Of a stretch of DNA of 64,000 nt, positions 10,356 to 19,964 are shown in pieces. Below the pieces are notes generated by a model. That model ran no database searches and was not told where the DNA came from. It saw nothing but the letters and a program-made list of their open reading frames with translations. The number at the start of each line of letters is the position of its first letter. The stretch's first letter is position 1. Made by a program: the position numbers and the translations under genes. The stretch covers positions 8,135 through 72,134 of the forward strand of contig CALJHE010000022.1 of assembly GCA_938075675.1 (NCBI GenBank). Direction: 5' to 3'. Origin of the DNA: Candidatus Poseidoniaceae archaeon. Lineage in GTDB: Archaea > Thermoplasmatota > Poseidoniia > Poseidoniales > Poseidoniaceae.

Positions 10356-11452
10356 TGTCAAGAATGCACACACCCGAAGAAACGAAAGCGGCCATGCATG
10401 AAGTCGTCGCAGAAATGTACGACCGTATAGTCAAAGGCGAACCTCCTACAATGACGCTGCCCGTTCGAACAAAGAACAACATTGGCTTTGACAAGAAACT
10501 CGGCGTTTACAAATATGGGAAGAAGCAATCGATTCGCGATGCAACGAGTCTGGGCTCAGCCAAGCAATTGTTGCGTGCTCTTCACGTCGTCGAATTTATT
10601 GAGGAAATGCTGGATGCTGGAAAATCCTCCACCTTGAGAGAAATGTACTATATTTCTGAGAGTTGGGGTATGGGTAAGTTTGGAAGTCAAAACGATTCGA
10701 ATAACCTAGCAGAAGATTTGGAAATTGTAACAAAGTGTTTGCGTGAAGATTTCAAATTACGTCCGGAAGAAGACGGTGCTCGAATGATTGGAAACCTCAC
10801 ATTGCGTGAGAGAAACCGTCGAGGTGAATGGATGAGAATTAACGCTCGCGACGATGTTGGAGATTCTGGCTATGGAGTGCCGTACAACGTTGAACTCGAA
10901 AAAATTGAACTTCTTGAGCACGATATCGATTTCATCATGGCCATCGAAACAGGTGGTATGTTTGACCGACTTATTGAAAACGGGTTTGATGAGGACTATC
11001 GCTGTGGTCTTTTACACCTCAAGGGTCAACCAGCACGTTCAACTCGACGAATCATGAAGCGAATGAGCGAAGAATGGGATTTACCAGTCGTTGTCTTCCT
11101 TGACGGCGATCCATGGTCGTTCAGAATCTTTGCATCCATCGCTTATGGCGCAATCAAGACTGCACATATTTCCGAATACTTAGCAACGCCATCGGCAACC
11201 TATCTAGGAATCACTGCAGATGACATTGTTGCCTATGATTTGCCGAGTGATGACCTCTCGAAGAAGGACATTGAGGCACTCAATGCAGAACTTTCGGACC
11301 CGAGATTTGCTGACAGTTGGTGGCAAGACCAAATCAACATGATGTTGGAACTCGGAAAGAAGGCTGAACAACAATCCCTAGCAAAGTACGGTCTTGACTT
11401 CGTTACCGAAACCTATCTGCCTGAAAAATTGGCTGAACTGGGATTGGCTTGA
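10355..11452 (+). CDS. top6A: DNA topoisomerase VI subunit A
   Basis: STLREMYY catalytic Tyr, AIETGG, KGQP, DGDP TOPRIM motif, KKAEQQ. Confidence 0.97.
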   Translation: MSRMHTPEETKAAMHEVVAEMYDRIVKGEPPTMTLPVRTKNNIGFDKKLGVYKYGKKQSIRDATSLGSAKQLLRALHVVEFIEEMLDAGKSSTLREMYYISESWGMGKFGSQNDSNNLAEDLEIVTKCLREDFKLRPEEDGARMIGNLTLRERNRRGEWMRINARDDVGDSGYGVPYNVELEKIELLEHDIDFIMAIETGGMFDRLIENGFDEDYRCGLLHLKGQPARSTRRIMKRMSEEWDLPVVVFLDGDPWSFRIFASIAYGAIKTAHISEYLATPSATYLGITADDIVAYDLPSDDLSKKDIEALNAELSDPRFADSWWQDQINMMLELGKKAEQQSLAKYGLDFVTETYLPEKLAELGLA

Positions 11453-11494
11453 GCCGCGCAAGCATTCATTGAGGATGAAGACTGAGGGAACACT

Positions 11495-12562
11495 ATGGCC
11501 GGGAAATCCTCCAAGCGTTCGCCATGGGCGTTACGACTCGGGATTCTCGGTAGTTTGTTGCTCCTTGCCGGTGGCGTTGCACTTACCTTGCAAACCAGTG
11601 CTATAGATTCCATTTATGACCCCCGAGAACGAGCCACCGTTGAAATTGGCATCGGAGGAGATTCGGCAATAATCGAAGTCAACAAGAACGAGTGTTACAT
11701 GGCAGTGGCCTTTTCAAACGCCTCTGACAGTGAAATCGAAATCAAGAAAATCGTTGGTTCAGCGGCTGCAAATGAAGTCATTGTACCTGTCAACTGTTTC
11801 ACTGATTGGACGCCTATGGCCTCTGATGGAGCAACGTTCGAAATTATCGAGGAATGGGTTACCGACGATTCGGGAGAGTTGATGGTAAGCGCTTCGTGTG
11901 AGGAAGCCGACTGCGATGGCCAAGTCGTTTGGATTGTAAATGTTGAAGGTTGGCAAATGGAAATTTTTGACTCAACAGGCCTAACACTGGGCTTCAGTTT
12001 CTGTTGCTTTGGAATAGTTATTCTTCCAATTGCTGCCATAATCGCCTATTCGAATCGAAGCAGAGCCGTTCGTGGAACACTCAATGTCATTGGAAGGGAC
12101 GATGAATTCCTGCGCACGCTACAGGAACAAGACCAGTCAATGGTCGCCCAACACCCAATGCTGGAAAAACTCAAGGAAGAATTGGAACGGCAACAAATGG
12201 CTGAAACTGAAGGGGAACAAGACCAGAAAGATGACTCCTATGTTGACGGCTCAAAAGCCGTTATGCAAGGACAACTTCTGACTACCGAGCAGATCTATGC
12301 TTTGATGCGTGGCGATGTTGAGGAAATGTCTCGCTCGGTTGAAGACCCATTTGCTGATTCCATACCAAAGACTCAATCAAAACGAGTAGAGCCAAAGCAA
12401 GCCAATACCGAACAGATTTCACTGTGGGATATGGGTGGAGATGCACCAAGGGAGTCTGGTCCTACTCAGCGTCCAGCATCGAACGTTTTGAACGAACAAA
12501 CAGCGGTTCGACAGGATAACAGTACCAATTCTAAGGATTGGGCTGAGTGGGACGACATGTGA
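11495..12562 (+). CDS. membrane protein, hypothetical
   Basis: N-terminal TM, extracellular domain, second TM, acidic disordered tail. Confidence 0.7.
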   Translation: MAGKSSKRSPWALRLGILGSLLLLAGGVALTLQTSAIDSIYDPRERATVEIGIGGDSAIIEVNKNECYMAVAFSNASDSEIEIKKIVGSAAANEVIVPVNCFTDWTPMASDGATFEIIEEWVTDDSGELMVSASCEEADCDGQVVWIVNVEGWQMEIFDSTGLTLGFSFCCFGIVILPIAAIIAYSNRSRAVRGTLNVIGRDDEFLRTLQEQDQSMVAQHPMLEKLKEELERQQMAETEGEQDQKDDSYVDGSKAVMQGQLLTTEQIYALMRGDVEEMSRSVEDPFADSIPKTQSKRVEPKQANTEQISLWDMGGDAPRESGPTQRPASNVLNEQTAVRQDNSTNSKDWAEWDDM

Positions 12563-12571
12563 GGAAAGGGC

Positions 12572-13174
12572 ATGCGTGAAACGGTCTTTCGATGGGTTGC
12601 TGGATTCATCTGTCTACTGTTGCTGGCTGTTCCGACATTACTGCCACCTCAAACGGTTGAAGACGGTGCAACAGAGCAAGCGATGCTACCCCCATGTGAT
12701 GTAGAAGACGGTATCCCCTTCATTCAAGAGGAGCAAATAACATGTTATTGGGGCATGTCACAAGAGATACTCTCACTTCCAAAAGCCATTGACGCATTGA
12801 ACGTCGATGTGTCCGTGTCTTGGGTACAATCCGGCGTTTGGATTGGTATTGCCGAAGCTTCCGAGGCAGAGAAATGCGATTTGAAAGACGGTTACTACGA
12901 ATGCGATAAAGACAGCATCGACCTTGTTGTTGGCAACCCCTCCTCAGGCGACAATATCAACTGGAAGGCCACCAGTGGAGAATACCGATTTGTCGCAGGC
13001 GGAGACGATACTCAAACGCTTCAGCAATTCGAGGTCGAGTGGGAATACGAGGCATCGCTTGGCGTCTCATCAACAGCCTACATTGTATTTGCCGTGCTGT
13101 TTGGTACATACGCTGCCATAGGTGTGAAAGGGTTCAAAGATCTCGCACAAAAAGCTACTGGGGACAAACTATAG
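12572..13174 (+). CDS. membrane-anchored hypothetical protein
   Basis: Signal/TM at the N-terminus and TM near the C-terminus. Confidence 0.7.
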   Translation: MRETVFRWVAGFICLLLLAVPTLLPPQTVEDGATEQAMLPPCDVEDGIPFIQEEQITCYWGMSQEILSLPKAIDALNVDVSVSWVQSGVWIGIAEASEAEKCDLKDGYYECDKDSIDLVVGNPSSGDNINWKATSGEYRFVAGGDDTQTLQQFEVEWEYEASLGVSSTAYIVFAVLFGTYAAIGVKGFKDLAQKATGDKL

Positions 13175-13275
13175 CCTATGCAATAAGGCTCTCCGCCACA
13201 CATGCTCAAACTTCATTTTATTGAAGCACCTGAAGCGACGGCTTCAAAGAGTGGTAGCGTCTAGGTAACTTTGAG

Positions 13276-14040
13276 TTGAGCAGTGTGGAAGATATCGATA
13301 CAGCCCTAACCTTATTGCAAAACAAGTTGCGAAGGCAGATTCTTGAGCGGTTGGTTCGAGAGCCTCACTATCCAATGCAACTAGCGGAATTACTCGGTGT
13401 AAGTCAGCAAGCCATTGGCAAGCACTTGCGCGAACTCGAACGCGGAAACTTTGTCACAAAGATGAAGGTTGCAAGCGAGAAAGGCGGACCTCCACGAATG
13501 ATTTACAGTGTTCAACAATCCATTTCTCTACGTATTGACCTTGGACCTGATTTGTTCCAGTGTGAACAACGCCGGCTTCCCGCCGGTGGACCGATGCGTC
13601 TATCCAATCGGCTACCAAGTTCGACCGAACTGGTTGTCCAATCGGTAAGTGGTAGAAAGAAAATTTCAGTTGGCGAAGGTATGGCGCATATTCAGCATCT
13701 CAATTCAATCCTTGAAGGAATTGATGCGCAACGCGATGCTGTCATCGCACTGCATCAACATATTCGCAACAGAATTTCTGCCGGTGTTGATTCCGATTTC
13801 GAACATTATGAACAACGAACAATGGTTCACAGTCTTATTGAAACTCCGGAGCGTAAACTGAATCTTTCTGACCTGCGCCGTGAATTGCAACTCGGCCAGA
13901 CAGAAATGGCAACCTTACTCGACGAAGTACGCAACAGGCTCGAACGACAACTCGCTGACCGAGCAGGACAAGTTGTGGCAGTACCAAACAATTCGAACCT
14001 ACGGTTTTGGCTCGGCTCACTCCCTCGCAAGAAGGAGTGA
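13276..14040 (+). CDS. ArsR-family HTH transcriptional regulator (archaeal COG1777-like)
   Basis: N..RRQILERL..EPHYP.QLAELLGVSQQAI.KHL..LE; GPPRMIYS; TTG start. Confidence 0.85.
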   Translation: MSSVEDIDTALTLLQNKLRRQILERLVREPHYPMQLAELLGVSQQAIGKHLRELERGNFVTKMKVASEKGGPPRMIYSVQQSISLRIDLGPDLFQCEQRRLPAGGPMRLSNRLPSSTELVVQSVSGRKKISVGEGMAHIQHLNSILEGIDAQRDAVIALHQHIRNRISAGVDSDFEHYEQRTMVHSLIETPERKLNLSDLRRELQLGQTEMATLLDEVRNRLERQLADRAGQVVAVPNNSNLRFWLGSLPRKKE

Positions 14041-14067
14041 AACACCATTTCAGCAATTGTCTTGCTC

Positions 14068-17000
14068 TCAGTCCTCAGCGCCAGCCAAAACCGACACGAG
14101 GGATGATTGCTCAGCCTTTCGATCCAATACAGCTTGTCTGCGTCCACGTCCAACCAAGAACACGACACCGAACAAAGCGATGGTGAGAAGAATTACTGCA
14201 AACGGTAGGGCTGTCTTTCCAACAACTTCACCGGCAACATCGAGAATACCGCCAGTCGATTTGAGTTCTTGTTCAACTGCCTTGACGTTATCGCTCTCAG
14301 AAGATTCGACAATCTCGTTCGAAGGATCAACTACGACGTAAACACCGTGGCTACCAGCAGAGACAGGGTAAAGCAGAACAAGTTCAATTTCCTTGTAATC
14401 TTCAGTGTCATCTGGAGCGAGGAGTGCGCCGATAACTTGCCGCATGACGATGTTTTCGTCAGCACAACCGTTCTTACGGATTTCCTTGGTCGTGTCTGGG
14501 TCAGCTGCATTCTTGTATTCACAGAGTACGATTTCAATGTCTGTTGCGTGAGTGTTTCCATCGTTTTGGAGAACCACTCGGATAGGGATCGTAGTATCCA
14601 CATCTGCAGTGTTATCGGAAACAGAAACTTCAGAGAGAACCAAGTTCGGTGCTCGCAAACGTAATGTAATCACGAATTCGTTGGTGTCAAGACTCTCTGC
14701 TGCCCAAGATGGTGAATCGTCATGGTCGCCGCCATCCAGCATGTTACCCATCTTTGATACGACCTTCAGGCCAATTGGACGGGTGCTTAGAATTGCAGAC
14801 GGGTCAATCTTGACGATTGCAACAACAGGGTAGGTGGTGTAAGCGTCCATCATCGGCATGAAGTAACGGTCTTCCGATTCGAGGTAAATACAGCGGTCAA
14901 CCAAGTCTGCAAATACCACTTCTGGGTCGATTGCAGCATCTTCGTTGCCGGTTGTGGTCTCAATAGAAGCGACCACTTCACAAGGTTCTTCGGTTGTCAA
15001 ATCTGTTCCGATTTGCTTGACGAGTCGCCATTCAACTGCCCATTCCGACAGTGAGCCCATTCCAGGCAATTCGCTCATAACTTGAACATCACCATCGACC
15101 TTTGCGGTGTGGTTGTTCAGGGTCGGCCAGTCTGGGACGTTTCCGTTGTTGGTGATGTTCAACTCGAAACGAACAATCCGTCCAGGAGCAGAGGTCTTCA
15201 CAGCGTTGTCGACTGTGGAATCCATGGAGATTTGCATGTCGTAGAATTCTTCAACATATACAGGAATAGTCTGTACATACCGTAGTCGGGTCAAGCGACC
15301 GCTGGCATCAGGATAGGATTCTTCCGAGAAAGTCTGGAACACGACGGTGTAGACTCCAGATTCAACTTGGTCAGGAACATTCATTGTAACGTCAAAGATT
15401 TGATTGGTATCACGGGAAAGTTCTACCAGATTGCCTCGAGGGACTTCAATGTCCCAGATGACATCAACGCCAGCAGGGTCTGTTACTCGAGCGAGTCGGT
15501 AATCAAAGCGATCAGGACCGTTTCCATGGTTGGTAACGGTGGTCGGTATGATCACTTGTTGTCCCGGGGTCACTGGAAGAACTTCCTGGCCATTGAGAGT
15601 CAGCTTGTCATCGTCTGCGATGTCTGCGCTCGCACTGAGTTGATACACGTGGTTCACATTCGTCGACAGAATCTTTGAAGCGGATATTCTCGGATAACCG
15701 TCAAGGTAAGCTTTGACGATAACCGCTGGACCAAGTCCTGCAGAAGCCTTCGTTGGAGCACACACATCAACGCTCACCTCATAGGTCACGAACTCTGCAC
15801 CAGGAGGTATGTTCCAGTCTCGTGGTTCACTGAGGTCAACCGAGTTGCCGCCTGGAGCATTCGAGAAGTCGAGGCTCAATACCCAGTTATCTTCTCTCCA
15901 AGCATCCATCGAAATGGTATCAGGCTTTTCTTCAGGAGCACCTGGGGTGACGAAGACAAGTTTGCCGGAATCGAAGTTCTTCGTGACATCTATTGGATAA
16001 GTGGCACATTCTCCAGGATCAACGTATTCGCTGGTATCGAACAATTCCATGACGATGTTTCCAGTTGAGCGAATCGACACGAAAACACCGAGTTCAAGCA
16101 CATCGTATGTTCCTTTTTCAATCGACTTAATCGGTTCGCCAGCAGACCATCCCTTAAGATAAATTACGAAGGCTCCGGGGTCTTCAGAGGTTGGAACAAA
16201 GACTTCTAGATTCTTTGTAACCGATTGCCCAGGGTCCAATTCAACGCTGGTTGGGAAGTTGACAGTCCAACCAAACTGAAGCAGCCATTCTTGGCGTCCT
16301 TCAAGCGTATAGGGGTCCCAGAACACGAACTGATCGTTGACGTTACCTGTGTTGGTAATCGTAATCGAAAAGATTGCAGTTTGACCTTGTTCAACGTCAG
16401 CCATGCTGTGTGATGCGTCCAGATTTATGCCGTGTACAACATCCATCAGCGTACGGGTAACGATATCTGATTGGATGGCTGGGTCTTTGTATGATTTCGC
16501 CGTCACCGATATATCGGCAATCTGATCGGCATCAGCCTGGTACACAGATGGAGCTCGAACTCGCATGTAGAAGCGCATGTCTTCTCCGCCTTCGAGGAAG
16601 ATTGCCGTGTCTGGCATGATGGTCGTGTGGTTATCAGCAAAGAACAGGGTGGCAGTCCAGTTTTGTGGAACGCCTGAAATGTTGAGGCCAAATGTATCAG
16701 CGACAAGGTCCTTTGGACCTGGGGTGGAATTGTTCATTGTCATGTTGTAGATGGTTTGCTCACCAGGTTCGATAACGTGGTAGTAGGTTTCTCCATCTTG
16801 GAAATCAACATCGACTTGGCCAGTGAGAACGTGTGAATAACAAATAGTGAAACGGTTATTGTTGGCCTCTTCACCACACTTATTCGTGTCCGACCATGCA
16901 AGGTGCGCACCACTTCCCAAGTCATTTGAAAATGCAGGAGGCATGCCTATGCTCGGCTGACTGCCAGAGCTCGGTCCAAGCTTGTTACTCGCCCATGAGG

Positions 17001-19158
17001 TGACGGGTACGTTTTCCCATGGGTCAAGTGCAGTAAGGCCCGGTCCAGTCAAGTCGGTTGAGTTGAGGCGGGTGTAAACGATTTCTTCGTCTGCAGTTGC
17101 GTTACCAGAATCAACCCATGCGATGTGAACGTTGTTTTGGTCATCAGTGAGAAGGGCTGGGAAGACTGAGTTTCCACCGAACGGTCGGTTTCCAGGTAAG
17201 CCACCGTTTCCTTCAACATTGGAGATTGGGGTGTCTTGAATCTTCTTGATCGCGTATGTGGATAGTCCTTGATCAGCACCATCCCATGCACCAGCGCCTT
17301 GCAGACGGAGTTTGGTGTAGAAGACTTCGTAGTTCACGCCTTTCTCAAATCCGTAGTTGCGGCCATCCATCCAAGCGATGTGGGTGTTGCCTTGCATGTC
17401 AACTCCAATCGATGGGTGGAACGAGTATGCATCATCAATAGTGACACGTGTGTCGTTGACAACCACGAGGTGGCCGTCTGCACCTGCGCCGGTATCTTCG
17501 ACGTATCCGCCGTTGACAACAGAGTGTCCACTTGCACCTGGCGTCCAAGTTGGGTCGTTGTTCATCTTGCCGTATGGGTCAAGAACGGTCATGTAGATTT
17601 CTCGGGAGTTGTTGGTCGAAATGTAAACCATTGCTTCAACAAGCAGAGCCATTGCATTGGCTCCACCGCTACCGGATGGGAACTCGTAGGTTTGTCCACC
17701 GGCGTCGGAATTTCGTAGCGTGTTGCCAGGGCAGTTTCGAGTTTGGGTCGAAACGACATTGTTTGGACACTGGGTCAAATCCATGAAGTGAGATTGGATG
17801 TTACCTGCACCGCCGTATCCTTGTCCGTAAAGGCCGACTGGAATGACGCCTGCGTTGATACAGTTGTCGTGTGCTTCTTCAATTGAAGTCAGATCATCTG
17901 CTTGTTGCGATGGGTCTCCGTCCTTTGGACCTTCATCGGATACTGGAATGATGATTTTCGTTGCGTTCGGATTCCATCGATGGTCGTCTTGAGTTGGTGG
18001 GTTTCCTGGAACATTGCCTTGAGCATCTTTCCATGAGAGGCAACCCCAGTTGGTACCTGGGCCCCAATCTTCACCGGACGAACCAGAGTATGTATTACCG
18101 TTGTACACGGTGCCCGCCAACTTTCGGATACCACCGGAGTCGTCACCCGGTGTTTGTCCGAGAGGAGTTGCACGAGGGCCAGAATTTTGATTTTTACCTG
18201 CACAATTTCCTGAGTTCGCTGCACCAGGCAAAGAGTTTCCGAGGCCATAAATGGTCTCGTAAACAGTCATGTTTGCAGTTTCAAGCAATGGCTTGATACC
18301 TTCAAAGTAACCGCCGGAAGCAAAGTTACCGCCGTACACAACAGTGCAGATATCTGCCCATTCCGAGTACATCGAACCGGAGGTGTCAACGATAAAACTG
18401 AGTTCTACTTTGCCGCCTCGTGTGTCATCCCATGCGATTTGAACATAATCGTTGGCGTCAACGACAACATCCGGGTGGCCCTTGTGACCAATTATAGGAG
18501 TAAGCAATGTGTCGTCAAAGTTCGTGATAACAGCGCCACTGCTGATGTCCGGGGACAACATGGTGTAGTAAATCTGAGGTTGACTGAAGAATTTGCCTTC
18601 AGAGTCATAGGAATCTTCCCAGACGATGTGTACGCCACCTTGGCTGTCGATGTCGATAGCGGGCCAGTCGCGGTTTTGCGCACGGCTTGAAACGACGTGG
18701 TCGTCAATTGCGGAAAGTGTCCCATCATCAGATGCCATGCCATCAAGCGAAGCAGCCCATGGGTTGAGTACGGTGTACATGATTTTGTGTTGGCCGGACT
18801 TATCTGCCCAGACGATGTGAATCTTGTCGTTTTCGTCAACGACCATGTCGGGATGCCAAATCTTGTGCAGACCTGGGTTGGTGATTTGTGTGGTGTCAAT
18901 CATTGTTTCACCGCGAGGCGAAATCATGGAATAGTAAAGGTGGAGATTGTTACGAGTCCAAACGACGTGAACGTTACCTTCGCTGTCCGAACCAAGAGAT
19001 GTTTGTGTATCGGATGAGGTACCCCCGTCAACGATTTGAATCGCTTCGGTGATTACTACGGTGTTCGCTGTTGCGGTAAGTGACGCTAAGAAAAGCGTCG
19101 ACATCACTGAAAGCAACATGATTGATACAAGACTGACTGACTTTATTTTTTGACCCAT
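14068..19158 (-). CDS. large cell-surface protein: beta-propeller with inserted vWA domain, Ig-like (NEW3/CARDB-type) stalk, C-terminal TM
   Basis: Signal peptide, seven xxD..g..HI.W repeats, VDTSGSM MIDAS, ITNTGN/ITNNGN Ig repeats, VVVDPSNEIVESSESDN CARDB motif, TM plus basic tail. Confidence 0.85.
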   Translation of the reverse strand: MGQKIKSVSLVSIMLLSVMSTLFLASLTATANTVVITEAIQIVDGGTSSDTQTSLGSDSEGNVHVVWTRNNLHLYYSMISPRGETMIDTTQITNPGLHKIWHPDMVVDENDKIHIVWADKSGQHKIMYTVLNPWAASLDGMASDDGTLSAIDDHVVSSRAQNRDWPAIDIDSQGGVHIVWEDSYDSEGKFFSQPQIYYTMLSPDISSGAVITNFDDTLLTPIIGHKGHPDVVVDANDYVQIAWDDTRGGKVELSFIVDTSGSMYSEWADICTVVYGGNFASGGYFEGIKPLLETANMTVYETIYGLGNSLPGAANSGNCAGKNQNSGPRATPLGQTPGDDSGGIRKLAGTVYNGNTYSGSSGEDWGPGTNWGCLSWKDAQGNVPGNPPTQDDHRWNPNATKIIIPVSDEGPKDGDPSQQADDLTSIEEAHDNCINAGVIPVGLYGQGYGGAGNIQSHFMDLTQCPNNVVSTQTRNCPGNTLRNSDAGGQTYEFPSGSGGANAMALLVEAMVYISTNNSREIYMTVLDPYGKMNNDPTWTPGASGHSVVNGGYVEDTGAGADGHLVVVNDTRVTIDDAYSFHPSIGVDMQGNTHIAWMDGRNYGFEKGVNYEVFYTKLRLQGAGAWDGADQGLSTYAIKKIQDTPISNVEGNGGLPGNRPFGGNSVFPALLTDDQNNVHIAWVDSGNATADEEIVYTRLNSTDLTGPGLTALDPWENVPVTSWASNKLGPSSGSQPSIGMPPAFSNDLGSGAHLAWSDTNKCGEEANNNRFTICYSHVLTGQVDVDFQDGETYYHVIEPGEQTIYNMTMNNSTPGPKDLVADTFGLNISGVPQNWTATLFFADNHTTIMPDTAIFLEGGEDMRFYMRVRAPSVYQADADQIADISVTAKSYKDPAIQSDIVTRTLMDVVHGINLDASHSMADVEQGQTAIFSITITNTGNVNDQFVFWDPYTLEGRQEWLLQFGWTVNFPTSVELDPGQSVTKNLEVFVPTSEDPGAFVIYLKGWSAGEPIKSIEKGTYDVLELGVFVSIRSTGNIVMELFDTSEYVDPGECATYPIDVTKNFDSGKLVFVTPGAPEEKPDTISMDAWREDNWVLSLDFSNAPGGNSVDLSEPRDWNIPPGAEFVTYEVSVDVCAPTKASAGLGPAVIVKAYLDGYPRISASKILSTNVNHVYQLSASADIADDDKLTLNGQEVLPVTPGQQVIIPTTVTNHGNGPDRFDYRLARVTDPAGVDVIWDIEVPRGNLVELSRDTNQIFDVTMNVPDQVESGVYTVVFQTFSEESYPDASGRLTRLRYVQTIPVYVEEFYDMQISMDSTVDNAVKTSAPGRIVRFELNITNNGNVPDWPTLNNHTAKVDGDVQVMSELPGMGSLSEWAVEWRLVKQIGTDLTTEEPCEVVASIETTTGNEDAAIDPEVVFADLVDRCIYLESEDRYFMPMMDAYTTYPVVAIVKIDPSAILSTRPIGLKVVSKMGNMLDGGDHDDSPSWAAESLDTNEFVITLRLRAPNLVLSEVSVSDNTADVDTTIPIRVVLQNDGNTHATDIEIVLCEYKNAADPDTTKEIRKNGCADENIVMRQVIGALLAPDDTEDYKEIELVLLYPVSAGSHGVYVVVDPSNEIVESSESDNVKAVEQELKSTGGILDVAGEVVGKTALPFAVILLTIALFGVVFLVGRGRRQAVLDRKAEQSSLVSVLAGAED

Positions 19159-19268
19159 AAATACACATCCCTAGGTTAGACTAAGAAAAAGCACAATCTT
19201 ATGATACTTAACCGCGACTGTTACATGTCATATTTCGCTCTCGCATGATGCGAGTCGGAATCGAGTGC

Positions 19269-19916
19269 TCAAGCCCATTCGGAGGGATCAAAACCGGAAC
19301 CAAAAGACATCTTTTCGTCGAATTCAATTTCATGATGAGTCGATTGCTCTGACGATTCGTCGGAAGTCACAGTCGGCGTCTTTCCTTCTTGTTTGGCTTT
19401 TACCCAATCATCAACAGGACCTGGTTTCCCGACGCCCGGGCCGTGAGTGAACTTGATTTCGTGAATAACTCCAAGTTTGGCCAACCAAAGGCGGCGAAGA
19501 GTATGCATGAAATCGTTTTTTGTTAGACCGTCGAACCAAAGCGGCAGGCTGACGTTAAAAGCTTGAAGTGGCCCTGTTTTTTGGTCACCTTCATGACCCA
19601 TGTGAATCCCCCAATCAACACTGGTTCGAATCAATTGTAAACGGACATCATGAATCCATTCCAGCCATGTCTCTTTGTCTTCTTTCATGTGAGTTGCCAT
19701 CTCTTTTTGTTGACCCTCATCGACGCGAGTCATGCTAGAAACTGCTACCAAATCTCGCCCCTTAGGAATAACCACTGCGAACATATGTCCTTGTGGCCCC
19801 TGAGGGTATCGTATCAGCAAATGCATCTCTGCTCTCGGATCTTTCTGTTCCTTGGCGACAAGGCGTTCTTCCTTGAGCCATTGGCGTATATTGAGTTCTG
19901 CATCCCCGCTCCCCAT
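19269..19916 (-). CDS. DUF2299-like protein
   Basis: IRQWLKEE...H.LI.YP...AVVIPKGRD pattern of the archaeal DUF2299 family; start uncertain. Confidence 0.55.
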   Translation of the reverse strand: MGSGDAELNIRQWLKEERLVAKEQKDPRAEMHLLIRYPQGPQGHMFAVVIPKGRDLVAVSSMTRVDEGQQKEMATHMKEDKETWLEWIHDVRLQLIRTSVDWGIHMGHEGDQKTGPLQAFNVSLPLWFDGLTKNDFMHTLRRLWLAKLGVIHEIKFTHGPGVGKPGPVDDWVKAKQEGKTPTVTSDESSEQSTHHEIEFDEKMSFGSGFDPSEWA

Positions 19917-19964
19917 GCTCAACCCGACACACTCCTCTCGTTTGAACCGCACCCTTGTAGGCGG

